Part shown: in pieces, positions 1-7,568 of the stretch | Layout: the number at the start of each line of letters is the position of its first letter | Position numbering within the stretch: position 1 is the stretch's first letter | Origin: Vulcanimicrobiaceae bacterium | GTDB taxonomy: Bacteria > Vulcanimicrobiota > Vulcanimicrobiia > Vulcanimicrobiales > Vulcanimicrobiaceae | Reading direction: 5' to 3' | Assembly (NCBI GenBank): GCA_046262595.1 | Contig: JBHEMM010000052.1 | Coordinates: 1-12,554 of the forward strand | DNA: 12,554 bases | Translations under genes and position numbers: made by a program | Notes under the pieces: generated by a model | What the model was told of the DNA's origin: nothing | The model's input: only the letters and a program-made list of their open reading frames with translations | Database searches by the model: none

Positions 1-240
1 ATGTTCATACGGCCGCCACTTCGTGAAGCGCGAGAGATACGCGAACACCTCTTGCGAATTGGTATGGAAGATGTGCGGGCCGTAGCGGTGAATCAGGATA
101 CCGTCTTCATTGCGGCAGTCGTATGCGTTCCCGCCGATATGCGAGCGCCGGTCGATAAGCAAAACACGTTTGCCGGCATCACGCGCAAAACGCTCGGCCA
201 TGACGCTGCCCGCATAACCCGCCCCCGCGATCAAGACGTC
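1..240 (-). CDS. glf: UDP-galactopyranose mutase, N-terminal part (continues beyond left edge; true start unclear)
   Basis: Manual translation of the minus strand (codons 240->1): DVLIAGAGYAGSVMAERFARDAGKRVLLIDRRSHIGGNAYDCRNEDGILIHRYGPHIFHTNSQEVFAYLSRFTKWRPYEH. It has the FAD-binding GxGxxG, HIGGNAYD and YGPHIFHT motifs of Glf. The frame is open up to a stop at 385-387; possible starts are ATG 333, TTG 309 or TTG 234, none convincing. Confidence 0.93.
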
Positions 241-1237
241 ACTGCGCCGACGGCGTGCGCCCGCGCAAGCGGTGCACGATTTGCGCTGCCTCCGAGCCGT
301 TTGCGGCAATATGAACCAGGCCGTTCGTGCCATAAGGATCCACGACGTCCGCGATTGGCGTGCTGATAACGGGCTTGCGCGCAGCTAAATACTCGAGCGT
401 TTTGGTGGGACTGATAAAACGCGTCGCCTCGTTTCGCGCGAACGGGAGCATCGCGACGTCCCAATGCTCCAGGAAAGCAGGCAACGCTTGATACGGCTGC
501 ATTCCCACGTAATGAATATTGGGCGCTTGCGGCAGCGCCGCCGGATCGATCTTGACCACGGGCCCGACGAGCACGACGTGCCATTCAGGCAGCTGTCCCG
601 CGAGCACGCGCACGAATTCCGTGTCAAGCCGTTCGTCCAGAACGCCGTAAAAGCCGATACGCGGATGCGGGACGTCTTTAAGTTCCGCCGGGTCTGGCCG
701 GCGCGCGGGCGCGAAGTGCGCCGCGTCAACCGCGCTCGGAAAACAGTGCACGTTGCCGTGCAGGCGGCGCTTATTGTAGTAAAGGCTGCGGCCGCCGGTA
801 AAGACGACGTCCGTGCGCTCGAGCAATTCCGATTCTAAAAGGCGCAACGCGGCGGGTGCGCCCGCAAATAAGCTCAGCTCGTCCATGCAGTCGTAAACGC
901 GTATGGCGCGCAAGTGGCTGCTGAACTCCAGGGCCATCGGCGTGTAATACCACAGGATCAATTCCTCACTCGAGCTCTGCGCGAGAAACGTGTCGAGCAG
1001 CGCGCGCTGCACGTGGACGGCGGCCGAGCGCTTGAGATGTGAGGGGACGATTGGCTGCATGACGCTGACGCTGCCTTCGGCGCGCCGGCGCAGATAGGGC
1101 TTGTGGGTGTCTTCGAACAGCGGCTCTTCAAAAAAATAAACGCGATAGCCGGCTTGCGCGAAGCGGCTTAAAACGTGCTGCGGCCGTTGGTACACGAAGT
1201 CCCAGCGCAGGTGCGAAAAGCAAACAATCTGCGTAAT
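239..1237 (-). CDS. GT-B (GT4-like) glycosyltransferase of the type usually adjacent or fused to Glf; probable ATT start, C-terminus appears short
   Basis: Extending the 239..1195 ORF 14 codons upstream gives ITQIVCFSHLRWDFVYQRPQH, the family N-terminal motif. Also has WYYTPMAL, VYDCMDELS, IGFYGVLDER and ISPTKTLEYLAA. AAAGGA (1246-1251) lies 8 nt before ATT at 1237. Confidence 0.88.
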   Translation of the reverse strand: MTQIVCFSHLRWDFVYQRPQHVLSRFAQAGYRVYFFEEPLFEDTHKPYLRRRAEGSVSVMQPIVPSHLKRSAAVHVQRALLDTFLAQSSSEELILWYYTPMALEFSSHLRAIRVYDCMDELSLFAGAPAALRLLESELLERTDVVFTGGRSLYYNKRRLHGNVHCFPSAVDAAHFAPARRPDPAELKDVPHPRIGFYGVLDERLDTEFVRVLAGQLPEWHVVLVGPVVKIDPAALPQAPNIHYVGMQPYQALPAFLEHWDVAMLPFARNEATRFISPTKTLEYLAARKPVISTPIADVVDPYGTNGLVHIAANGSEAAQIVHRLRGRTPSAQ

Positions 1238-1245
1238 GCGAGCCG

Positions 1246-1251
1246 TCCTTT
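1246..1251 (-). promoter_or_regulatory. Shine-Dalgarno AAAGGA for the glycosyltransferase
   Basis: The same AAGGACG string precedes the ATG at 6571 and the ATG at 9580, with 7-nt spacing after AGGA; here the spacing is 8 nt. Confidence 0.65.
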
Positions 1252-1420
1252 CGTAGAGGCGCAGGCGGGCGTTCGCCGCACTATGCCGGCCGATGAGGTC
1301 GGTGTTTTACCCGAGTTCGTTTGCTACTAAGCAATTGCGCTATCTTGCGGCGTCATCCGTGTGGTCTTGGTATTACCCGCGACAGAACATCCGAAGCAGC
1401 GCCCGCGCGTGAGGTACACC

Positions 1421-1429
1421 GGGTATAAT
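1421..1429 (+). promoter_or_regulatory. Putative -10 element (TATAAT 1424-1429, overlapping GGGTAT)
   Basis: Perfect TATAAT 8 nt before the TTG start at 1438; no SD between them. Confidence 0.55.
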
Positions 1430-1437
1430 GGCAGACG

Positions 1438-1878
1438 TTGAGCAGAGCATTCGTTAAGGAAAACGACGATGAACCCGAGGCGGCCGTCATACGGCCGCGC
1501 CGGGAATATCCGTACTACGTGACGCCCGCCGGGCTGGACGCACTGCGCGAACGCTGGCAGGCGGCGTCCGCTTCACATAACGCGCGTGAGGCCAAAGAAC
1601 TGCAGCAACTTCTCGATGCGGCCGAGGTGATTGATCCCGCTTCGCAGCACCGCAAAACCGTGGAGTTCGGCGCGACAGTGACGATCGAGTTGCCGGACAA
1701 ACGCGTTCAAAGGTACTGCATCGTCGGAGAAGACGAGGCCGATCCGTTCGCCGGCACGATCAGCTGGCTCTCGCCGTTGGCGCAAGCACTATGGGAGCGT
1801 CGGGCAGGCGCGCGCGTCCTCTGGGAGCGCCCGGCCGGCAACGTTAACGTGCGGCTGATTTCGGTCGAATATCAGTAG
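1438..1878 (+). CDS. GreA/GreB-family elongation factor, short MSRAFVKE type
   Basis: Gre C-terminal domain motifs (VEFGATVT, IVGEDEADP, ISWLSPLAQAL, P-x-G) and a YVTPAG helix start. The coiled coil is short and lacks the GDxSENxEY tip. Confidence 0.88.
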   Translation: MSRAFVKENDDEPEAAVIRPRREYPYYVTPAGLDALRERWQAASASHNAREAKELQQLLDAAEVIDPASQHRKTVEFGATVTIELPDKRVQRYCIVGEDEADPFAGTISWLSPLAQALWERRAGARVLWERPAGNVNVRLISVEYQ

Positions 1879-2448
1879 ATGCCCGAATTCGACGCCCACC
1901 ACGCGCTTCAGGAAGCGGCCGAACGTCACGACCAATTGTCGGAAGGTGCAAAGCTGGTGCCGATCGCTGCCGCGGTTATCGCGGTGTTCGCAGCGCTCGC
2001 GACGTTGTTTTCCAATCATAGTTCCGTATCGGGTCTTGAAAAGCGGACGCTTGCCGGGATCTATCAGACTCGCGCCGCGGACAGTTACAGCTATTACGAA
2101 TCGAGCCGCATCAAGATCGAAGTCAATCAGTCGCTTCAGCAAAGCGGCCTCGTTTCGTCGGCCGTTTCGCGCAAAGCGATGAGCGCCCGCATCGAGAAAG
2201 AACAAGCCAAGTCCGCCAAGGCGCTCGGGCAAGCGCGCTCGTCGGAAGAGCAGGCAAACACTTTTCTGGAAACGGCGGAACGATCGATGGCCTCGTACGA
2301 GAAATACGAAGTTGCGGCGACGCTGTTCGAAGTGTCGATCGTGCTCGTTTCGATCACGGCGCTGATGCGTACGCGCACGCTCCTGTACATCGGCGGCGCA
2401 GCAACTCTTGTCGGCATCGTTTTCTTCCTCCTTGGCCTAGCGGCTTAA
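1879..2448 (+). CDS. DUF4337-like membrane protein
   Basis: One N-proximal TM helix, AADSYSYYESSRIK motif, a helical soluble segment, then two C-terminal TM helices (ATLFEVSIVLVSITAL...). ATG immediately follows the upstream TAG. Confidence 0.75.
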   Translation: MPEFDAHHALQEAAERHDQLSEGAKLVPIAAAVIAVFAALATLFSNHSSVSGLEKRTLAGIYQTRAADSYSYYESSRIKIEVNQSLQQSGLVSSAVSRKAMSARIEKEQAKSAKALGQARSSEEQANTFLETAERSMASYEKYEVAATLFEVSIVLVSITALMRTRTLLYIGGAATLVGIVFFLLGLAA

Positions 2449-2512
2449 CCGCCTTAGCGACTCGACGGGCCCGGGGCGTAACCCGCGGCTCGCGAGTCGT
2501 GTCGTAAGCGGT
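2448..2512 (+). other. Long imperfect stem-loop occupying the whole intergenic region
   Basis: 26 base pairs found by hand, including 2 G.U pairs; 6-nt loop at 2476-2481 (see findings). Confidence 0.6.
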
Positions 2513-3358
2513 ATGCGTATCGTGCCCGCACCCCAGCAAATCGAAGGCGGCGGATTTGTGGTACGCCGTCCGTTCCCGGTGCACGGTCTCTCGTACGTCG
2601 ACCCGTTTTTGCTCATCGACGAAATGGGGCCGGTCGAGTACGCACCGGGTAAAGCGATCGGCGCGCCGGACCATCCGCACCGCGGTTTTGAAACCGTAAC
2701 GTACTTGCTTTCCGGCGGTATGGAGCACGAGGATTCGCACGGTCATCGCGGCGCGCTGCGCCCCGGCGACGTGCAGTGGATGACGGCCGGCGCAGGCGTC
2801 ATTCACTCCGAACTTCCCAGCAGCGAGATGCTCGAACGGGGCGGACGCATGCACGGATTTCAAATCTGGGTGAACCTTCCGGCACGTTTGAAGATGGCCA
2901 CGCCGCGCTATCAAGAGTACGCGGCGCAGCAGTTGCCGTTCGTGGAAACAAGCGGCGCGCACGTGCGCATCATCGCCGGCGAATACGGCGGCCGCCGTTC
3001 GCCGATTGAAACGACGGTGCCCACCACCATGCTGCACGTTAATCTCGATGCGGGCGCTTCTGCCGCGTTCGCGATCGCGCCCCGGTCGAACGCTATCGTG
3101 CACGCGATTTCGGGGAGCGCCGCGGTTCAAGGCAAACAGCTGCCCGAACACAACGCAGCGCTTTTCGAGCCGTCGCCGGGAGTGCTTGACGTGTCCGCGA
3201 ATGAGGGCCGGTTCGAAGCACTCGTTCTTGCCGCGGTGCCGCTGGGCGAACCGGTCGCGCGCTACGGACCGTTCGTCATGAACACCGCGGATGAACTTCA
3301 ACAAGCTTTCGAGGATTTCCAAGCGGGACGCTTCGGAGAAATCGCCCGGGTTTCTTAG
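2513..3358 (+). CDS. Pirin family protein (bicupin)
   Basis: [53 protein letters not shown]; metal ligands H-x-H...H-x-E present. Confidence 0.96.
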   Translation: MRIVPAPQQIEGGGFVVRRPFPVHGLSYVDPFLLIDEMGPVEYAPGKAIGAPDHPHRGFETVTYLLSGGMEHEDSHGHRGALRPGDVQWMTAGAGVIHSELPSSEMLERGGRMHGFQIWVNLPARLKMATPRYQEYAAQQLPFVETSGAHVRIIAGEYGGRRSPIETTVPTTMLHVNLDAGASAAFAIAPRSNAIVHAISGSAAVQGKQLPEHNAALFEPSPGVLDVSANEGRFEALVLAAVPLGEPVARYGPFVMNTADELQQAFEDFQAGRFGEIARVS

Positions 3359-4410
3359 GTCAGCGAATCCATCTCGATAACGAACCGGTAGCGGACGTCG
3401 CTTTTAAGGACGCGCTCGTACGCTTCGTTCACTTTTTGGACCGGGATGCGTTCGATGTCGCTTGCTATGCCGTGCTGCGCGCAGAAATCGAGCATCTCTT
3501 GCGTCTCGCCGATGCTTCCGATGCCCGAACCGGCCAGCGCGTGACGGCCGCCGATGAGCGCAAATGCGGTGACGGGAATCGCATTGCTCGGAGCGCCCAC
3601 CACGACGAGCGCGCCGTCGATAGCGAGCAACGAAAGATATTGATTCCAATCGAGCTCCGCCGAAACGGTGTTGACGATCAAATCGAACGTACCGGCAAGT
3701 TTTGTGAACGCGTCTGGATCCGAGGTGGCATAGTAATGATCCGCTCCGAGGCGTTTGCCGTCGGCCTCTTTGGAAAGCGACTGCGAGAGCACGGTGACTT
3801 CGGCGCCCATTGCATGCGCGATTTTCACGCCCATGTGGCCAAGGCCGCCCATGCCGACGATCGCCACTTTCTTGCCCGGCCCGGCGTTCCAGTGCCGCAG
3901 CGGCGAGTACGTCGTAATGCCCGCGCACAAGAGCGGTGCGGCTGCATCGAGCGGTAAGGCGTCCGGGATGCGCAGCACGTAATTTTCATCCACAACGATG
4001 CGCTGCGAATAACCGCCGTACGTCGGCGCGTTCGTACCGTCTTTTTCGACTCCGTTATAGGTCGGCGTGTTGTTTGCGCAATATTGTTCGAGGCCCCGCA
4101 TGCACGCTTCGCATTTGCGGCACGAATCCACGATGCAGCCGACGCCGGCGCGATCGCCGGCTTTGAATTTCGTTACGGCGCTTCCAACCTCGCTAACGAT
4201 TCCGGCGATCTCGTGCCCCGGAACCATCGGGAAGATCGAGCCGCCCCATTCGTCGCGCACTTGATGGATGTCCGAATGGCAAATGCCGCAAAACTGAATG
4301 TCGATGCCGACATCGTTCGGCCGCAGCTCGCGGCGTTCAAAGGAAAACGGCTGTAAGGCCGCCCCGGGCGTCTGCGCGGCATAGCCATGCGTTTTGATCA
4401 TCGTCTTCAC
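3355..4410 (-). CDS. Zn-dependent NAD(P)-dependent alcohol dehydrogenase (cinnamyl-alcohol dehydrogenase/AdhC/YahK-like)
   Basis: GICHSD, GHE, structural Zn site C-x2-C-x2-C-x7-[21 protein letters not shown]-terminal DVRYRFVI. The start is GTG 4410 or ATG 4401. Confidence 0.96.
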   Translation of the reverse strand: MKTMIKTHGYAAQTPGAALQPFSFERRELRPNDVGIDIQFCGICHSDIHQVRDEWGGSIFPMVPGHEIAGIVSEVGSAVTKFKAGDRAGVGCIVDSCRKCEACMRGLEQYCANNTPTYNGVEKDGTNAPTYGGYSQRIVVDENYVLRIPDALPLDAAAPLLCAGITTYSPLRHWNAGPGKKVAIVGMGGLGHMGVKIAHAMGAEVTVLSQSLSKEADGKRLGADHYYATSDPDAFTKLAGTFDLIVNTVSAELDWNQYLSLLAIDGALVVVGAPSNAIPVTAFALIGGRHALAGSGIGSIGETQEMLDFCAQHGIASDIERIPVQKVNEAYERVLKSDVRYRFVIEMDSLT

Positions 4411-4523
4411 GATCGCATTGAAGGCGCTTTTGCGCGGGAAAGTTGCATCGCACTACCTTCCGGTGCGCTCCCGAGCGCAGGCTTGCGTTCGCTCCCGCCG
4501 AAAACATACGGCATGGGTGAGCA

Positions 4524-5177
4524 ATGAAACAAACGAGCATCCTGCCGTTTGATTCGGAAGTATTCCTCGGTGCCGTAGGCGCCGGACGCACGATAAAACG
4601 GTATGAGAGGGGCACTCTAATTTTCGCACAAGGCGAGCCGGCCGATTCGGTATTCTATCTGCGGTCCGGAAAGGTTAAGGTCGCGATCGTTTCGGCACGC
4701 GGCAAGGAAGCCGTCATAGCGATTTTAGGCGCGGGGTTCTTCTTTGGCGAGGGGTGCCTTGCCGGTCAGCCGCTTCGCATGGCGTCCGCCCATGCGATGG
4801 AGCCCTGTTCGGCCGTTAGAGTGATGAAAACAACGATGAATCAGGTATTGCGCGACCAACCCGCGTTTTCAGAGACCTTTATCAAGCACTTGCTCACGCG
4901 CAATATCCGGATCGAAGAAGATTTGGTCGATCAGCTTTTTAATTCGAGCGAAAAGCGTCTCGCGCGGACCTTGCTGCTGCTGGCGAACTTCGGAAAAGAG
5001 GGACGTCCCGAGGAAGTGATCCCCGCGATCAGCCAGGAAACGCTCGCGGAGATGATCGGTACGACCCGATCACGCGTCAGCTTCTTTTTAACAAAATTCC
5101 GCAAGCTTGGATTTATCGAGTACAACGGAGGCATGCGCGTTCACACCTCGCTGCTGAACGTTGTCCTGCACGAGTAA
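4524..5177 (+). CDS. Crp/Fnr family transcriptional regulator
   Basis: cNMP-binding-type domain (IFAQGEPAD, GKVKV, FFGEGCL, R) plus C-terminal HTH (ISQETLAEMIGTTRSRVSFFL..FRKLGFIEY). No Fnr N-terminal Cys cluster. Confidence 0.95.
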   Translation: MKQTSILPFDSEVFLGAVGAGRTIKRYERGTLIFAQGEPADSVFYLRSGKVKVAIVSARGKEAVIAILGAGFFFGEGCLAGQPLRMASAHAMEPCSAVRVMKTTMNQVLRDQPAFSETFIKHLLTRNIRIEEDLVDQLFNSSEKRLARTLLLLANFGKEGRPEEVIPAISQETLAEMIGTTRSRVSFFLTKFRKLGFIEYNGGMRVHTSLLNVVLHE

Positions 5178-5233
5178 GCGCCCGGCGCCCTTTGACTGAG
5201 CAATTGTGAGCAGACGGGCGGCAATTAGCCCTC

Positions 5234-5239
5234 TATACT
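5234..5239 (+). promoter_or_regulatory. Putative -10 element TATACT
   Basis: 5/6 match to TATAAT, 9 nt before ATG 5249. The context TATACTGGCAG nearly matches TATAATGGCAG at 1424. Confidence 0.45.
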
Positions 5240-5248
5240 GGCAGGGAT

Positions 5249-6550
5249 ATGCAATTTTCCTCTGCTTCGCCGGCGCACCGTAAGATGCCGCGCGCGCTCC
5301 TGGCCGCGCTTGTTTTTATGACACTTTCCGCTGTAATGCCCAGTGCGCACGCGCAGGCTCAGGATCAGGCGCAGCCGACAGCCCCTCCGGCGCCGGCGTT
5401 CGGCAATCCGCCCTCCGGCGAATACCCGATTCTGTTCAACGACCATACGGTGTATGCGACGCCCGATGTTCTTAAGCAGAGCCGTGTCCTCGCCGCACTC
5501 GTACGCGGGGGCGTCATCTATGTGCCGCTGCGCAGCATGTTTGAACAGATGGGCGCCACCGTCTCCGTTTCTGCCGATGGAAACTCGATCAGTGCCGTTA
5601 AACCGGGCGCGAGCGTTTCGGTAACCGTCGGTAAAAAAGAAGTGGTCATCAACGGCGAGACGCGGCCGCTCGACGTTCCGCCAATGGTGTACAAAGGCGT
5701 CGTGCTGGTGCCGGTGCGCGTCATTTCTGAAGCGATGGGTGCCTACGTGCTTTGGGTCTCGGATCGGCGCTTGGTCGTCGTTCGCTATAATCCCGCGACG
5801 CCGGCGCCTGCGGTGACGCAGGCACCTACGAGCGCACCGTCGTCCTCGCCAACGCCCTCGACGGCACCGACGGAGCGGCCGTACACGGCGTTCGTCCAAG
5901 GCGCGGCCTCGCACGCGAAAAATTACAACGAGTTCTCCGCAGGACTATACTGCGAGTCATTTCTGGTCAATGGGGCGCTCGTGTTTGCCAATTCGCCGCT
6001 GGCGCTGAAGATCGATTACCGCATCGACTCGTATGTCACCAGCGCGACTTCCGCTGACGCTTTCGGCAATCACTACACGAACTTTGCGACAATCGACGGC
6101 GGGGTTGCGCAAACGCCGGTGTTTTTGGGGCGTCAAAGCTCGCTGGACGCGCGCCTGGAATTTCAAGTTGCGGCGCCGCGATACAATATCGGCATCGGCT
6201 ATCTGCACGCAACGAACAATTATGGATACCCGAGTCTCAACGGCATCGGCGGCGGCGTAGAAAAACTGCCGAGCCTTCGGCCCGGCATCAGCTGGTATGG
6301 TTCCGCATTCGATTATCCGTCCGTCACGGGGACGTACACCGTGTCGGAACCCGCGAGCACGAATTATCGCAAGAGTTATCGCCAACAGTACGCGATCCTC
6401 AAATACGATGTGGGCCTGGCGCTTTCGCTGCGCCATTTTCCGCTCTATCTTTACGGCGGCCTAAGCGGCGATCGTTATACCGCAAAAGCGAACGCACCAC
6501 TCGGTCAGACGCATGACGGTCCATATATCGGCCTTGGTCTGAAGTTTTAG
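5249..6550 (+). CDS. Secreted protein: copper amine oxidase N-terminal (stalk) domain, Pro/Thr/Ser linker, putative outer-membrane beta-barrel
   Basis: Signal peptide ending SAHA (alternative start ATG 5285). VPLRSMFEQMGATV and LDVPP...VLVPVRVISEAMGA are Cu-amine-oxidase-N1 motifs. Linker at about 5791-5871. The C-terminal part is Gly/aromatic-rich with alternating hydrophobic strands, ending YIGLGLKF. Confidence 0.75.
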   Translation: MQFSSASPAHRKMPRALLAALVFMTLSAVMPSAHAQAQDQAQPTAPPAPAFGNPPSGEYPILFNDHTVYATPDVLKQSRVLAALVRGGVIYVPLRSMFEQMGATVSVSADGNSISAVKPGASVSVTVGKKEVVINGETRPLDVPPMVYKGVVLVPVRVISEAMGAYVLWVSDRRLVVVRYNPATPAPAVTQAPTSAPSSSPTPSTAPTERPYTAFVQGAASHAKNYNEFSAGLYCESFLVNGALVFANSPLALKIDYRIDSYVTSATSADAFGNHYTNFATIDGGVAQTPVFLGRQSSLDARLEFQVAAPRYNIGIGYLHATNNYGYPSLNGIGGGVEKLPSLRPGISWYGSAFDYPSVTGTYTVSEPASTNYRKSYRQQYAILKYDVGLALSLRHFPLYLYGGLSGDRYTAKANAPLGQTHDGPYIGLGLKF

Positions 6551-6570
6551 AAAGATTGAAGGACGATAAT

Positions 6571-7479
6571 ATGCTCAAACTTGCGTTTTTTTCCGGCACG
6601 AAAGCGATCTCCGCGATAGCCGTGCTCGCATTGCTTGCCGGCTGTTCGGGCGGCTGCGGCAACTGCACCGTACCGGCATATCACACGCCGCCCGTGCCAT
6701 CGTTTACGCCGACGCCGACGCCGCCGCCGCCGCCGCCGGTTGGAACGCTCGCGTGCACTCAAGGCCCTTCGGCAATTACACTTGGGCCGGCACTCGCGCC
6801 GTTCGCGATCCTGGCGGGGTCCGCCGTGTCGAACGTCGGTAACACGCTGGTTACATATGGACCGTCTGCGATAACGGCCGGCGTTCACGACGACTTGATC
6901 GGCGTTTCGCCGGGCACAGCTGTGACCGGATTTCCGCCCGGTTCAGATGCAGACGGACCAAACGCCATTTACGCAGCCGGTTTTAATCCGAACACTGCGG
7001 TGCCGTTAGCTGCACAGAATGCGCTGACGACCGCGTACACCACGGCGGCCGGAGTTCCGGCGACGGCAACCGTCGCCGGCGACCTTGGCGGCCAAGTTCT
7101 TGCGCCCGGCGTGTACAAATCGACGTCATCGCTGGCGATCGGCAACGGAAACCTCACCCTTGACGGCGGCGGCAACGCGCAAAGCGTCTTTCTCTTTCAA
7201 ATCGCTTCCACGCTTACCACCACGCTCAACGGCTCGGCCGGCGGAAACGTGGTGCTGAGGAACGGCGCGACGGCGTGCAATGTCTTCTGGCAAGTCGGCA
7301 GCTCCGCTACACTCGGCGGCTCGACGTTCTACGGCGATATCCTCGCCTTCTCGTCGATAACGATCAACGCGCCGTCCTTCACCGGCCGCGCATTGGCGGG
7401 CGGAAGCGCGCTCGGATCGGGCGCCGTTTCCATTCCGGTATTGAGCGGGTCGCTCATTACGAATCCCGGCGGGCGATAG
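6571..7479 (+). CDS. Ice-binding protein family (DUF3494) lipoprotein
   Basis: FAILAGSAVSN, GVSPGTAVTGFPPG, AQNALTTAY, DLGGQVLAPGVY, LTLDGGGN..SVFLFQI, NVFWQVGSSATLG, GRALA. Lipobox LAG-C (Cys25), Pro-rich linker. SD GAAGGA favours ATG 6571 over TTG 6556. Confidence 0.92.
   Translation: MLKLAFFSGTKAISAIAVLALLAGCSGGCGNCTVPAYHTPPVPSFTPTPTPPPPPPVGTLACTQGPSAITLGPALAPFAILAGSAVSNVGNTLVTYGPSAITAGVHDDLIGVSPGTAVTGFPPGSDADGPNAIYAAGFNPNTAVPLAAQNALTTAYTTAAGVPATATVAGDLGGQVLAPGVYKSTSSLAIGNGNLTLDGGGNAQSVFLFQIASTLTTTLNGSAGGNVVLRNGATACNVFWQVGSSATLGGSTFYGDILAFSSITINAPSFTGRALAGGSALGSGAVSIPVLSGSLITNPGGR
6706..6738 (+). repeat. (ACGCCG)n then (CCG)6 simple repeat encoding the TPTPTPPPPPP linker
   Basis: Read directly: acgccgacgccgacgccgccgccgccgccgccg. 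Confidence 0.8.
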
Positions 7480-7568
7480 GTGCTTTTTGCGACACGGCGC
7501 GCAGGCAACTAGGCGCAAGTACTCTCGGAATGGGTAACGGGCCACCGCAAGAAGCTTAGCTCTCCAAG

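Noticed and set aside
236..247. RF2-type +1 frameshift or selenocysteine readthrough at CAG TGA C
   Set aside because: CAG to AGT gives poor tRNA re-pairing and there is no internal SD just upstream. In-frame readthrough gives non-Glf sequence and meets another TGA 20 codons later. Kept only as a minor alternative.
1..366. 121-aa plus-strand ORF
   Set aside because: Antisense shadow of glf and the GT end; the minus frame carries the clear Glf motifs.
1327..1356. Tiny minus-strand ORF MTPQDSAIA upstream of the GT
   Set aside because: Nine codons, no clear SD and no leader-peptide codon bias.
2354..3322. 322-aa minus-strand ORF and other long overlapping ORFs (5225..5914, 7126..7728, 8846..9463, 11802..12368)
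   Set aside because: Antisense to well-supported genes and without family motifs; expected in GC-rich DNA.
5202..5226. lac operator-like AATTGTGAGC...CAATT
   Set aside because: Only the left 10 bp match, the spacing is 4 bp too long, and there is no vector sequence or LacI gene nearby.
5249..6550. Annotation as a copper amine oxidase enzyme
   Set aside because: Only the small non-catalytic N-terminal domain is recognisable; the remainder is too short and unlike the catalytic domain.
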